Source: an uncultured Verrucomicrobia subdivision 3 bacterium (GTDB taxonomy: Bacteria > Verrucomicrobiota > Verrucomicrobiia > Limisphaerales > UBA11358). From it: DNA of 64,000 nucleotides. The number at the start of each line of letters is the position of its first letter. Within the stretch, counting starts at the first letter, position 1. The stretch lies in assembly GCA_903872345.1 (NCBI GenBank), contig CAIQKM010000174.1:8019-72018 (forward strand). The letters run 5' to 3'. Below the pieces are notes generated by a model. The model ran no database searches. It was not told the origin of the DNA and saw nothing but the letters and a program-made list of their open reading frames with translations. Below, one piece after another: positions 32,538 to 42,027 of the stretch. A program made the position numbers and the translations under genes.

Positions 32538-35339
32538 TCATTGCACGGTGATCTTCAACGGCAAATGAATCCGGAGGTCGTCCGACGCCGCGCCAATGAG
32601 AAGCTCATAATCGCCCGGTTCCACCACGTATTGTTTCTTCTGCGTATCCCAGTAGCGGAGCCGTTGAGCCGGAACGGCAATCGCAACGTTCCCTGATTCC
32701 CCGCGACTCAGATGCACGCGGGCAAAGCCGCACAATGCCAGTTGGGGTTGCGCCACCGCCGAGTTGACGTGCCGGTAATAAACCTGCGCGACTTCATCGC
32801 CATCGAGATCGCCCGTGTTCTTCACCGTAAACGTTACGGTGGTCGCGCCATCAGCAGGAATGCTTTTTGACTCCAGCTTGCCATTCTGAAATTTGAAGGT
32901 CGTGTAACTCAGGCCGTGACCAAAGGCAAATTCCGGTTTTCCGCTGAAGTAGCGATACGTGCGGTTGCTCATCGAATAATCAGTGAAGCCCGGTAAGTCC
33001 GTCGTCGAGCCGTAAAAAGTGAGCGGCAGTCGTCCACTGGGATTCACCCCGCCGAACAAAATTTCACCCACGGCGCGCCCGCCTTGTTCGCCTGGATACC
33101 AAGCCTGCAGAATCGCCGGCAAATGTTCCGCTTCCCATGGCATTGCCATCGGACTGCCGCTGCAATTCACCAGAATCAAGGGCTTGCCCGTGCCCGCAAG
33201 CGTTTTGAGCAAATCCGTCTGCACGGTCGGCAGTTCGATCTTCGTCCGGTCACCGCCTTCAAAACCGTCAAAGGCGTTGTCACGGCCCATTTCCTCGCCT
33301 TCGAGCCGCGCGGTGATGCCGCCCGCGAAAATCACCACGTCGGCGGCTTTGGCCATGGCCACGGCGTCGTCAAGGGCCGCCTGGCCGGGCTTGTTCGATC
33401 CGTCCGCGCGCAGCGCCCAAGGACAGCCCGTGGCATGGGTCACTTCAATGCCCGGCCCGGCCAGTTGCCGGATGCCGTCCAAAATCGTCACCGGACGGGC
33501 GGCATGGCCGTTGTAATTCCCCTCCAGCATCCACGCCACATCGGCATTCGGGCCGATCACGGCGATGCGTTTGACCTTTGCCCGGTCCAGCGGCAGCACG
33601 CCGTCATTCTTCAACAGCACGATGGCCTCTTCGGCGACTTTCAGCGCCAGCGTCTCGTGTGCGGGCGTATCGTTCTGCTTGATGTCAATTTTGGAAAACG
33701 GACATTTATCCGCCGGATCAAACAGGCCCAGCCGAAAACGGGTTTCCAGCGTGTAAGCCAGCGCCCGGTCAATTTCCGGTTCCGTAATCAACCCTTTTTG
33801 CACCGCGCGCACCAGCGGGTTGTAATCGCCGCCGCAACACAGGTTGCAGCCGGCTTTCACCGCGGCGGCGGCCGCTTCTTCCGAGGTGCTCACATAATGA
33901 TGCTCGTCCCGGCCCCAAATGTTGTGAATCGCGGCGCAATCCGAAACGATGTAGCCGTCAAAACCCCATTGCTTCCGCAAAATATCGTTGAGCAAAAAGG
34001 GACTGGCGCAACAAGGCACGCCGTAAAGTGAATTGTAAGCCCCCATCACGCCGCCGACGTGTCCTTCGCGCACCGCCATTTCGAACTGCGGCAGGTAAGT
34101 CTCATACAAATCGCGTTCCGGCGGCGCGGCGTCAAAACGATGACGGTCCGGTTCCGGCCCGCTGTGAACCGCAAAATGTTTCGCACAGGCCATTGCCAGC
34201 GTGTAATCCGGATTGTCGCCCTGCAACCCCTTGATAAACGCCACGCCCAGCGTGCCGGTCAGAAACGGATCCTCGCCATAGGTTTCCTGGCCGCGGCCCC
34301 AGCGCGGGTCGCGAAAAATATTGATGTTCGGCGACCAGAACGTCAGCCCGCCAAACCATTTGGCATCCCCGTTGTGGGAGGCCGCGTAATCGTTGAACTT
34401 CGCCCGGCCTTCCATGCCAATGACGCCGGCTTCCTGTTGCAGCAACGCCGGATCCCACGTGGCCGCCGCGCCGATGGCTTGCGGAAACACCGTCGCGTCG
34501 CCGTTGTTCGCCACGCCGTGCAACGCCTCGCTCCAGTAATTGAAGGCCGGCAACCCCAGCCGGGAAATGCCCGGCGCGCCGTTTTGCAACTGCGCGACTT
34601 TTTCCGCCAGCGACATCCGGCGGATCAAATCATTCGCGCGCGCCGCCAGCGGCTGCGCCGGATCACGCCAGATCGGCGGCTCGCTGATTTCCGGGATGTG
34701 CGTGGCCACGGCGGAATAGGCGTCCGCCATTTCGGCGGCAGTGAATGAGACCACCGGCGTGCCCGCCGCGTTTTTTACTTCCAACGTATTGAACTTCGCG
34801 TTGTCCTTGCCCGTCGAAAACGAAACCGTCAGCCGCCCCTTGAGCGAATCATCCTCATGCGCGACCACGCCCGTGATGTAACAGACCTTCCGCGCGGCAC
34901 CGGCGGCAGCGATGATGTCAAAATCCTTCGCCAGAACGGTGTCGCCGGCGGTCACACTGAAGACCCGTTGCCCCGGACCGGTTGACCAGGTTTCCGCCTC
35001 GCCAATGGAGATCGTGTATTTGCCCGCCGGCAAATGCGCGATGGTGACCGTGAAATGTTCCCCGTAAATCTCCTCGTGAAACGCCGCCGCGTTGTTGTCC
35101 GCGCCCTCAATGCGCATGGATGCATCATATTTGCTGTGCGCAAACTCGCCGCTGATGCCGACCTCCTGACCGCAGGCGGCGCAGGTTTCATCCGCCGCCC
35201 GCGCGGCGGGAACCGAAAGGCACAGGCCGGCGGCGGACAGCAGGAGCAACATGGCGCGGGTGGTGATTCGGGCAAACGCCGAACCGGCAGGTCGGGTGAA
35301 TAATTTCGCACTCATTTTTAATTCTCTATTTTGAATCAT
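32538..35339 (-). CDS. Malectin-domain / GH3 beta-glucosidase or beta-xylosidase fusion, secreted
   Basis: GH3 motifs: LAEKVAQL, FNYWSEALHG, FWSPNINIFRDPRWGRGQETYGEDP, CAKHFAVHSG, GYIVSDCAAI. The N-terminal ~200 aa are malectin-like (GQRVFSVTAGDTVLAKDFDIIAAAG...FNTLEVKN). An alternative start is ATG 35315; Met1 at 35339 overlaps the upstream gene by 14 nt. Confidence 0.9.
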   Translation of the reverse strand: MIQNRELKMSAKLFTRPAGSAFARITTRAMLLLLSAAGLCLSVPAARAADETCAACGQEVGISGEFAHSKYDASMRIEGADNNAAAFHEEIYGEHFTVTIAHLPAGKYTISIGEAETWSTGPGQRVFSVTAGDTVLAKDFDIIAAAGAARKVCYITGVVAHEDDSLKGRLTVSFSTGKDNAKFNTLEVKNAAGTPVVSFTAAEMADAYSAVATHIPEISEPPIWRDPAQPLAARANDLIRRMSLAEKVAQLQNGAPGISRLGLPAFNYWSEALHGVANNGDATVFPQAIGAAATWDPALLQQEAGVIGMEGRAKFNDYAASHNGDAKWFGGLTFWSPNINIFRDPRWGRGQETYGEDPFLTGTLGVAFIKGLQGDNPDYTLAMACAKHFAVHSGPEPDRHRFDAAPPERDLYETYLPQFEMAVREGHVGGVMGAYNSLYGVPCCASPFLLNDILRKQWGFDGYIVSDCAAIHNIWGRDEHHYVSTSEEAAAAAVKAGCNLCCGGDYNPLVRAVQKGLITEPEIDRALAYTLETRFRLGLFDPADKCPFSKIDIKQNDTPAHETLALKVAEEAIVLLKNDGVLPLDRAKVKRIAVIGPNADVAWMLEGNYNGHAARPVTILDGIRQLAGPGIEVTHATGCPWALRADGSNKPGQAALDDAVAMAKAADVVIFAGGITARLEGEEMGRDNAFDGFEGGDRTKIELPTVQTDLLKTLAGTGKPLILVNCSGSPMAMPWEAEHLPAILQAWYPGEQGGRAVGEILFGGVNPSGRLPLTFYGSTTDLPGFTDYSMSNRTYRYFSGKPEFAFGHGLSYTTFKFQNGKLESKSIPADGATTVTFTVKNTGDLDGDEVAQVYYRHVNSAVAQPQLALCGFARVHLSRGESGNVAIAVPAQRLRYWDTQKKQYVVEPGDYELLIGAASDDLRIHLPLKITVQ

Positions 35340-37710
35340 TTTGCCCGGCGGCGGGCAGAACGGAGATTTCGGCGGCGCTCGTCCACCCGGCCCCGTTAAC
35401 CTCCTGCAAGGCCGTCAGCCGGAAAAACCGGGCGGTGACCGGGGCAAAATCAACGATTTGAAGCGATGGATTGTTCTGGATGTTCGCGAACCTGCCCACA
35501 ACGATGTTGGTCGTCCAGTTCACCCCGTCCGCGCTGGTTTCAAAACGGTAGTTATCAATGGTGCCGTTGGGATTCCCGTCCTGGCGCGGCAAATAAGTGA
35601 ATCCCGCAATCCGGTGGGCCGCACCCATGTCAACCGTGATGAAATGCGGCATCGCCAAATCATTATTCCAACGCGTATGCCAGAAGGTGGCGGATTTGTT
35701 GTCAATCGCGTTGGCGGCGCCGTTGTCACCCCCGGCGGTTTCCTCGCTGTCCACGGCAACCACTTTCCAGCCGACCGGTATCAGCCCGGCGAACGACTTG
35801 GCGGCCAGAATGCCAAGCTGGCCGTCCGGCAACAGCAACGCCGCCTGCACGGTGCCGCCCGAAATCATGGGGATGGGCGAACCGTAAACCGGCGAATGGG
35901 GAGTGGGCGCGCTTCCGTCGGTCGTATAAACCATCCGGCAGCCGGCGGAGTTGTTGAGCGTCACCAATCCATTCGGTTCGCGATCGGAAATGACGGCCGG
36001 CAGGGCGGACGCGGATTGCCGGTACAGCCCGATTTCCGCGAGCGTCGGTTCCAGGCGCGAACCGGTGATGCGGATGCGAACCTGGCTGGCGGTCACCGGC
36101 GATTTCAGCCGGATGAGCCGGTGATGGCCGACAGTCGTAAGGGTGTCGGACGCGACATGTTCCGGCGCGATCCATACCGAACCGTCCCACATTTCAATGG
36201 CAAAGGATTCAATTCGCTGGCCGCAATGATCCACCGCTTCCTGCAACGAAACGACGTCGAACGTGACGGCCTTGGGCAGCGTCAGCGTCACTGTGCCGGT
36301 GGTTTGTCCCGGCGCGGCTTCCCACCAAGTATCAAGGTTTCCGTCCAGAGCCAGCGCGGGAGTGTTCGTCTCATTGGAACTATCGGCCGTGAGCTGCGCA
36401 CCATCCGCGAGGTTGATGGCGAACGTTTCGTTGACCACCTGCCCCATCCGGCTCAGGGCCAGAACTTCATCGTCGGGTATCAATCCGCGCGTGTCCGGCG
36501 AAAGGTTCAGGATCAAATTTCCGTTGCGCCCGACGGACGAGTAATAGACATCCACCAACTGCGAGACGCTGCGGGCATGCTTCCCGTTCGCCCAAAACCA
36601 GGCGCCATGATCGAGAATGGTGAAATTCACTTCCGCCGGATACCACCAGAGATGCGAACCGGGCGTGAGTTTGTCGCGACCGCCCAGATCGCCATACAAA
36701 TCCGGCCAGCGACATGATTCCGGCGCAGTCGGCAGCGGAATCACGCTCCATTCCGTGGTGCGGCCCACGCCGCCCTCATTGCCCACCCACCGCACGTCCG
36801 GCCCTTTGCCCATGATGACCGCCCCGGGTTGCAGCCGCCGAATCAGGTCATACCACGCGTTGTAGTCGTAAGTCTCGTGGACGCTCGGATCGGGATTCGC
36901 GCCGTCAAACCAGACTTCCCCGATCGGTCCGTATTGCGTCAGCAACTCGTAAAGCTGGTTCAGGAAATAGCGGTTGTAGTCGTCCACGACGTAAGTGAAA
37001 TTCGTGAATCCCGGCGTCGGCGCGCGGCCCTTCGCGGGGTCGCTCTGAAAACTCGCCGGATCGGTTGGAATGGCCGAAAGCACCTTGGCGCTCTCGTTGC
37101 CATAATAACCCGCCGGATTTTTCGGATTCGTCCGCAACTGGTAAAGGTCGGCGGGTGAAAGGTAAACGCCCAGCTTGAGACCGTGGGTACGGGCGGCCTG
37201 GGCCACTTCGCGCACTTCGTCGCCCTTGCCGTCGCGCCACGGACTGGCCGCGACCGAATGCGGCGTGTAGCGCGTGGGCCAGTAGCAAAACCCGTCGTGG
37301 TGCTTGCAGACCAGCACAATCATCTTGCCGCCGAATTTTTGCATCGCGTCGAGCCACTGGTTCGCGTCCAGTTCCTTGGGATTGAAAATCGAGGCGTCTT
37401 CGCGGCCCGTGCCCCACTCCACGCCATTGAACGTGTTCACGCCAAAGTGGAGGAAAAACGTCCGCTCCAGCCGCATCCAGTCCGTCTGGTTGGCGCGCGG
37501 CAGCACCTTCGCCGCCTTTTCCGCGATGACGGTGTCGGAATCGCCGCTGGCAATGACCTGCTCGGTGGCAAAAGGAATTGCCGGGGCCGTCCCTGCGTCC
37601 GCCAGCGCCGGCCCGCAGGCCAGCGCCAGCATGATAAAGATGACTGCCAGGCTTGTCCGCCGGGCTGCGAATTTTTGGACGATTCGATGTTCCATAAACA
37701 AAACCAGCAT
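35326..37710 (-). CDS. Alpha-L-fucosidase, GH29 (subfamily-B-like) with two C-terminal F5/8 type C (discoidin/CBM32-like) domains
   Basis: FFLHFGVNTF...KHHDGFCYWPT is the GH29 core. F5/8-C signatures: ALDGNLDTWWEA and AIDNKSATFWHTRW...ARFFRLTAL. Confidence 0.88.
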   Translation of the reverse strand: MLVLFMEHRIVQKFAARRTSLAVIFIMLALACGPALADAGTAPAIPFATEQVIASGDSDTVIAEKAAKVLPRANQTDWMRLERTFFLHFGVNTFNGVEWGTGREDASIFNPKELDANQWLDAMQKFGGKMIVLVCKHHDGFCYWPTRYTPHSVAASPWRDGKGDEVREVAQAARTHGLKLGVYLSPADLYQLRTNPKNPAGYYGNESAKVLSAIPTDPASFQSDPAKGRAPTPGFTNFTYVVDDYNRYFLNQLYELLTQYGPIGEVWFDGANPDPSVHETYDYNAWYDLIRRLQPGAVIMGKGPDVRWVGNEGGVGRTTEWSVIPLPTAPESCRWPDLYGDLGGRDKLTPGSHLWWYPAEVNFTILDHGAWFWANGKHARSVSQLVDVYYSSVGRNGNLILNLSPDTRGLIPDDEVLALSRMGQVVNETFAINLADGAQLTADSSNETNTPALALDGNLDTWWEAAPGQTTGTVTLTLPKAVTFDVVSLQEAVDHCGQRIESFAIEMWDGSVWIAPEHVASDTLTTVGHHRLIRLKSPVTASQVRIRITGSRLEPTLAEIGLYRQSASALPAVISDREPNGLVTLNNSAGCRMVYTTDGSAPTPHSPVYGSPIPMISGGTVQAALLLPDGQLGILAAKSFAGLIPVGWKVVAVDSEETAGGDNGAANAIDNKSATFWHTRWNNDLAMPHFITVDMGAAHRIAGFTYLPRQDGNPNGTIDNYRFETSADGVNWTTNIVVGRFANIQNNPSLQIVDFAPVTARFFRLTALQEVNGAGWTSAAEISVLPAAGQNDSK

Positions 37711-37724
37711 GGCAGCCGGGAATA

Positions 37725-39347
37725 TCAGGGTTGAATTTTCAGCGCCAGTGCAATTTTTCCGTCAAACGTTTCCGGCAGCTTGACGTGCAATCCGCCGGCA
37801 TCGCGGGTGAATGCCAATTTGCCGCCGCCGAGCAGACGGACCACGCCGATTTTGCCCGGCCAGTTGGCGGCATCATCTGCAAGCGACTTGATGGTCACCT
37901 GGCCGTCCTTTGGAATATCCAGCACGATGGCGTAAAGGACTTTTCCGTTTTTCGATTGCGTGAAACGAATGTCCTCCGCCGTGAACGGCTTGTTCTGCAC
38001 ATCCTTCTGGCCGTCAAACTGACCTTTTTCCGCCACGGCGGTGGACGGGCCTTCGCCGTAAATTTTCCACGGGCGCGTCGCATAAATCGCGTCGCCGTTC
38101 AGCTTCAGCCATGCGCCAATTTCGCTGACGATCTTGATTTCGTCCGCGTCCGGCTGGCCGTCGCGCTGGAGCGGCACGCTCAACATGAGGTTGCCGTTTT
38201 TGCTGACGATGTCCGCCAGCATCCGGATGACGGACGCGGCGGGCTTGTAATAATGATACTTGAATATGTTCTGATCATAATGCCAGGAACCAATGCAGGT
38301 GTCCGTCTGCCACGGCAGCGGCAGAATGCCCTGGGCTTTGCCGCGCTCAATGTCATAGACCAGCGCACGGCGCTGCGTCTCATCCAGCCATTTGCCGTTC
38401 ATCACCGCCCCGGTGCGACCGTGCCGGTCCAGACGCGTGTTATAGAAATGCGCCGCCAGTTTCAGGCCGACCTCATCCGTCACGCCGTGAAACGGCAGCA
38501 CAGTGTCGTCGAAATAAATTTGGTCCGGATGGTAGTCGTCCCAAAGCTGCTTCGTGCGCTTGAAAAATTTCTCCATGTAGGCTGCGTTGGGCACGCTGCT
38601 GCCTTTGGCGGCATTCCATTCCCAATTATACGCCCCCGGCGGGTGGTTTTGCGCGTAAAGTTCCTGCGGATCAAGGCCGTCCCACCAAAGCCCCTTGCCA
38701 TCGGCCTTGGTAAGCTTGACGTCGTAAGGCACGCCCGCGAACGGGCCGGTCTTGTCCGCGCTTTGCGCCGGTTCATACCACATCCACGTGTGCGAAGCGT
38801 GAACGCTCACCGCAAAGCGCAGGCCGTTCTTGCTCGCCGCGCGCGCCCAGCCGCCGATCAAATCCTTGTGCGGCCCAACCGCGACGGAATTCCAGGGCTG
38901 GTATTTCGAATCAAACAGGTCAAAGTTGTCGTGGTGGTTGGCGAGCGCCATGAAGATTTTCGCCCCGTTGTCCTTGTAGAATTTCAGCAGCTTGTCCGGA
39001 TCAAAATGTTCCGCCTTCCACACGTGGATCACGTCCTTGAAACCGTTGGTCGAGGGATGGCCGTATTCCGCGAGGTGCGACTTATAATCGCCGCTGCCCT
39101 CCTCATACATGCTGCGCGCATACCAGTCGCCATGCTCCGGCTCGCATTGCGGCCCCCAATGCGCCCAGATGCCGAACTTCGCGTCGCGAAACCATTCCGG
39201 CGTCTGATAGTTCGTCAGCGAATTCCAGTCGGGTTTGAAAGGGCCGGCGGCAATCTCCGGCAAAGCCAATAAATTTGTTTGCGCCGGCGCGTTCGCGAGC
39301 GAACAGCCCAGCGCCAATGCGGTCAATACGATTCGTCTCATTGTCAT
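37725..39347 (-). CDS. Alpha-L-fucosidase, GH29, secreted (paralogue of 7529..9070)
   Basis: PEWFRDAKFGIWAHWGPQCEP...NHHDNFDLF. It appears about 60% identical by eye to the 7529 gene over the N-terminal half. Signal peptide MTMRRIVLTALALGCSLANAPA. Confidence 0.9.
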   Translation of the reverse strand: MTMRRIVLTALALGCSLANAPAQTNLLALPEIAAGPFKPDWNSLTNYQTPEWFRDAKFGIWAHWGPQCEPEHGDWYARSMYEEGSGDYKSHLAEYGHPSTNGFKDVIHVWKAEHFDPDKLLKFYKDNGAKIFMALANHHDNFDLFDSKYQPWNSVAVGPHKDLIGGWARAASKNGLRFAVSVHASHTWMWYEPAQSADKTGPFAGVPYDVKLTKADGKGLWWDGLDPQELYAQNHPPGAYNWEWNAAKGSSVPNAAYMEKFFKRTKQLWDDYHPDQIYFDDTVLPFHGVTDEVGLKLAAHFYNTRLDRHGRTGAVMNGKWLDETQRRALVYDIERGKAQGILPLPWQTDTCIGSWHYDQNIFKYHYYKPAASVIRMLADIVSKNGNLMLSVPLQRDGQPDADEIKIVSEIGAWLKLNGDAIYATRPWKIYGEGPSTAVAEKGQFDGQKDVQNKPFTAEDIRFTQSKNGKVLYAIVLDIPKDGQVTIKSLADDAANWPGKIGVVRLLGGGKLAFTRDAGGLHVKLPETFDGKIALALKIQP

Positions 39348-39370
39348 TTTAAATTGATCAAGTTTATTTC

Positions 39371-39444
39371 AAATGCTCCCGGCCGGAACCGGCGACCACC
39401 GTCGCGTTACCGGCAAATAGGATTGCACCGAACCGGCGACCACC
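39371..39444 (-). promoter_or_regulatory. Upstream motif cluster of the GH29 gene: a 10-mer shared with the other GH29 promoter region plus a 15-nt direct repeat
   Basis: AAATGCTCCC (39371-39380) also occurs at 9110-9119 upstream of the paralogue, in both cases followed by ACCGGCGA. GAACCGGCGACCACC occurs twice (39386-39400 and 39430-39444), 44 nt apart. Confidence 0.4.
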
Positions 39445-39559
39445 CGCCATGGTTGCCTAATAAAACCGGGATCTCGATGCTCAAACGATAGCCGGTATCC
39501 GCCAAAAAGATTGTCGTCATTTCTCACGATAAAATCCCCCAAGCAGGACTTCACTCCGC

Positions 39560-41947
39560 TTAATGAACCAATTGGACCACCATCTCCTTTTGGTCGCGGG
39601 AGATGCCGATCTTCATCGCGCTCCCGCCGGTCAATGCCGGAGCCTGCCGCCGCAGCGCCGCCGCGTCCGGCGTCTTCTCGCCGTTGATGGCAAGAATGAC
39701 ATCGTTTTTTCGCAGACCGGCTTTGGCCAAAGCGGATTCCGCCGGCACGTCCAGCACCAAAACCCCCGTTACGCCGGGCAGGCCAAAGGCGGACATCTCG
39801 CCTTCGCCCGCGATGTTGCGCACACTGGCGCCCAGCCACGTTGCCGGCGTGGTGTCGCGCACGCTTGCCGCGGCAGCGGGATTTTTTATCGGCGGCAATT
39901 CCGGAACCCGCGCAACGGCCTTGAACTCCGGCTTTTGCACCCCGAATTGATCCATTGGAAAATTGACGAAGCCCAGTGCCAGCGCCGGCGAGCCGTCTTT
40001 TACTTGATAGTCGCCATGCGCCGGATCAACGAATTGCGCGTCGGCCTCAACCGAGTGTTCATCGCGTCCGCTTTGTTGCCGCAACCGCGCCGCCGGCACC
40101 GTCGTCGTCGCGCCATAACTCTGCACCAGATTGAAATCCATTTCCGCGCCCCACGGCGGACGATGCATGCCCGCCGGCCGATAGTCGGTCCAAATAATAT
40201 TCCGATGGAAAATGTCACCACACAGATCGTACCAGACATGCGGATGATAACCATTGTCCACCATGATGTTGTTTTCCACCACGCGCCCGAAACCCTCGCG
40301 GTTCTTGATGCCGCCATGCAGGCAGAGATTGTTCGTGATGATGTAATAGGACGAACCGTCATCGAGGTCAATGTCCCAGCCGTGATCACAGCGCCAGCGG
40401 TTGTTGGCAAGCACATTGGGTTTCACCGCGTCGAGTTGGGGCAATTCCGGAGCCTGCTTCACCCAGGCGTTGACCTCGCCAATATTGGGCCGCCAGTAAC
40501 GGTCGCGGCCCCACGAATTGAATGAGCCGTGATCGCCGGTCTCCTTCACGGTGTCGAAGATGTCGCAATATTCAATGACCTGCCCGCCCCAGCATCCGTC
40601 GCCGATGTTGATGCCCGAACGCGGCATGTCGTAGATTGAGCAGTGGCGGACGGTGATCCCTCGGGCGAGGTCGATTTCAACGCCGGCGGTTTGTTTCTCC
40701 ACGCGTCCGGTCAGGTGAATCAGGCAGTCGTCCACCAGACAGTCCGCCGGGTAATTGTCGGTTTTCGGTCCCGGCGTCCGGTCAATCTCGGCCAGCGCGT
40801 GAACCTGCCCGTAGTTGAACAGCACACTGCGGACCGCCTGCGGGTCCCCGACAAAACAAATCCCGCTCGCGCCCGCCTTGGCGATTTGGGTTCCGCGAAT
40901 AACCACGCGGCGGTTGTAATTATTCACGAATACGCCATTGCCGCCCACCTGGTCCAGAAAGCTGTCCTCGAGCGCGCAATCCTCCGCTCCGTTGAAGAAA
41001 ACCGCGCCGCCGCGATAAATGGCCCAGTCCGAACGCACGAGCGGTTCCTTCGTGTCCATGACCGTGCGCGCCGCCTGCCGGAAAACCAGGCCGCGCAGGG
41101 TAATCCACTTGACCGGGTGTGCCTCGTCGCCGCGAAATTCCACCAGTGTCCGCAGACGCGTGGCCTCCACGACCGCGTTTTTCAAATCCAGTCCGGCGGG
41201 CGGATAAAAATACAGCGTATGTGTTTTAAAATTCAGAAACCACTCGCCGGGCGCGTCCAACTCCTCGAATATATTTTCCACGAACCGGATTTTCTCGTGC
41301 GCCGCCGCGCCGCGGTTATTCTGCCAGCCGCCTTCCAGCGACACCTGATTCTGCGCATCCTTACCCGTGATGCGCCAGGTGAAATCACCCCAACGCGCCG
41401 GATGCATGGCGTGAAAATAGCCGCCCGTCGGATCCGCCCAGCGCGCCGCCCGCTGCGTGGAAATGGCATCGGCGGCAAACCCGTCAAAGTATTGCGCCGC
41501 CGGGTCAAAGTTGGGATACCGCGCCAGGATCTGCCGCTCGCCATTCACGAATATTTCCTCGGTCTGCAAATCCGCCGGCACCTCCGCCTGAAAGATGCCA
41601 TTCGTATAAGGCTGCCAGTGGAGATTCTCCAGCCGGATGCCGCCGCTGATGACCGGCTGCTCGGCTTGATAATTCTGAAAAATTACCGGGGCGTCCTTCG
41701 TGCCGCCGTCTTGCGCGGTGAAGACGAGCGTCGCGGGCAGATAGTAGGTTCCGCCCCGCAAAAAAACGTCGCCACGTCTCTCCCGCGCGGCCGTTTGCGC
41801 GCGTTGCAACGTGGCAAACGGGTGCTCCAGCGAGCCGGAATTCGCGTCGTTTCCCGCCGGCGAGACGAAATACGGCTGCGCTTCGCCGAGGGACGCTAAA
41901 AAAATGGCGCCAGCGCCGGCCAACATTACCTTGAGCAGTGGTTTCAC
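39560..41947 (-). CDS. Right-handed parallel beta-helix (pectate-lyase-fold) protein with a C-terminal PDZ domain, secreted
   Basis: The N-terminus after the signal peptide (PYFVSPAGNDANSGSLEHPFATLQRAQ) is typical of beta-helix carbohydrate enzymes. C-terminal PDZ-like region: GVLVLDVPAESALAKAGLRKNDVILAINGEK. The start is uncertain: GTG 41947 (VKPLLKVMLAGAGAIFLASLG) or ATG 41926 or 42016. The track ORF reaches 42370, inside the upstream gene. Confidence 0.75.
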   Translation of the reverse strand: MKPLLKVMLAGAGAIFLASLGEAQPYFVSPAGNDANSGSLEHPFATLQRAQTAARERRGDVFLRGGTYYLPATLVFTAQDGGTKDAPVIFQNYQAEQPVISGGIRLENLHWQPYTNGIFQAEVPADLQTEEIFVNGERQILARYPNFDPAAQYFDGFAADAISTQRAARWADPTGGYFHAMHPARWGDFTWRITGKDAQNQVSLEGGWQNNRGAAAHEKIRFVENIFEELDAPGEWFLNFKTHTLYFYPPAGLDLKNAVVEATRLRTLVEFRGDEAHPVKWITLRGLVFRQAARTVMDTKEPLVRSDWAIYRGGAVFFNGAEDCALEDSFLDQVGGNGVFVNNYNRRVVIRGTQIAKAGASGICFVGDPQAVRSVLFNYGQVHALAEIDRTPGPKTDNYPADCLVDDCLIHLTGRVEKQTAGVEIDLARGITVRHCSIYDMPRSGINIGDGCWGGQVIEYCDIFDTVKETGDHGSFNSWGRDRYWRPNIGEVNAWVKQAPELPQLDAVKPNVLANNRWRCDHGWDIDLDDGSSYYIITNNLCLHGGIKNREGFGRVVENNIMVDNGYHPHVWYDLCGDIFHRNIIWTDYRPAGMHRPPWGAEMDFNLVQSYGATTTVPAARLRQQSGRDEHSVEADAQFVDPAHGDYQVKDGSPALALGFVNFPMDQFGVQKPEFKAVARVPELPPIKNPAAAASVRDTTPATWLGASVRNIAGEGEMSAFGLPGVTGVLVLDVPAESALAKAGLRKNDVILAINGEKTPDAAALRRQAPALTGGSAMKIGISRDQKEMVVQLVH

Positions 41948-42027
41948 AGCCGTAAGGTTAGCAGTGCGGATGGGAGCTTCAAGCCTGCAGCGTGATGCCT
42001 GCTCACGGGGGCGCATACTGACACTGC

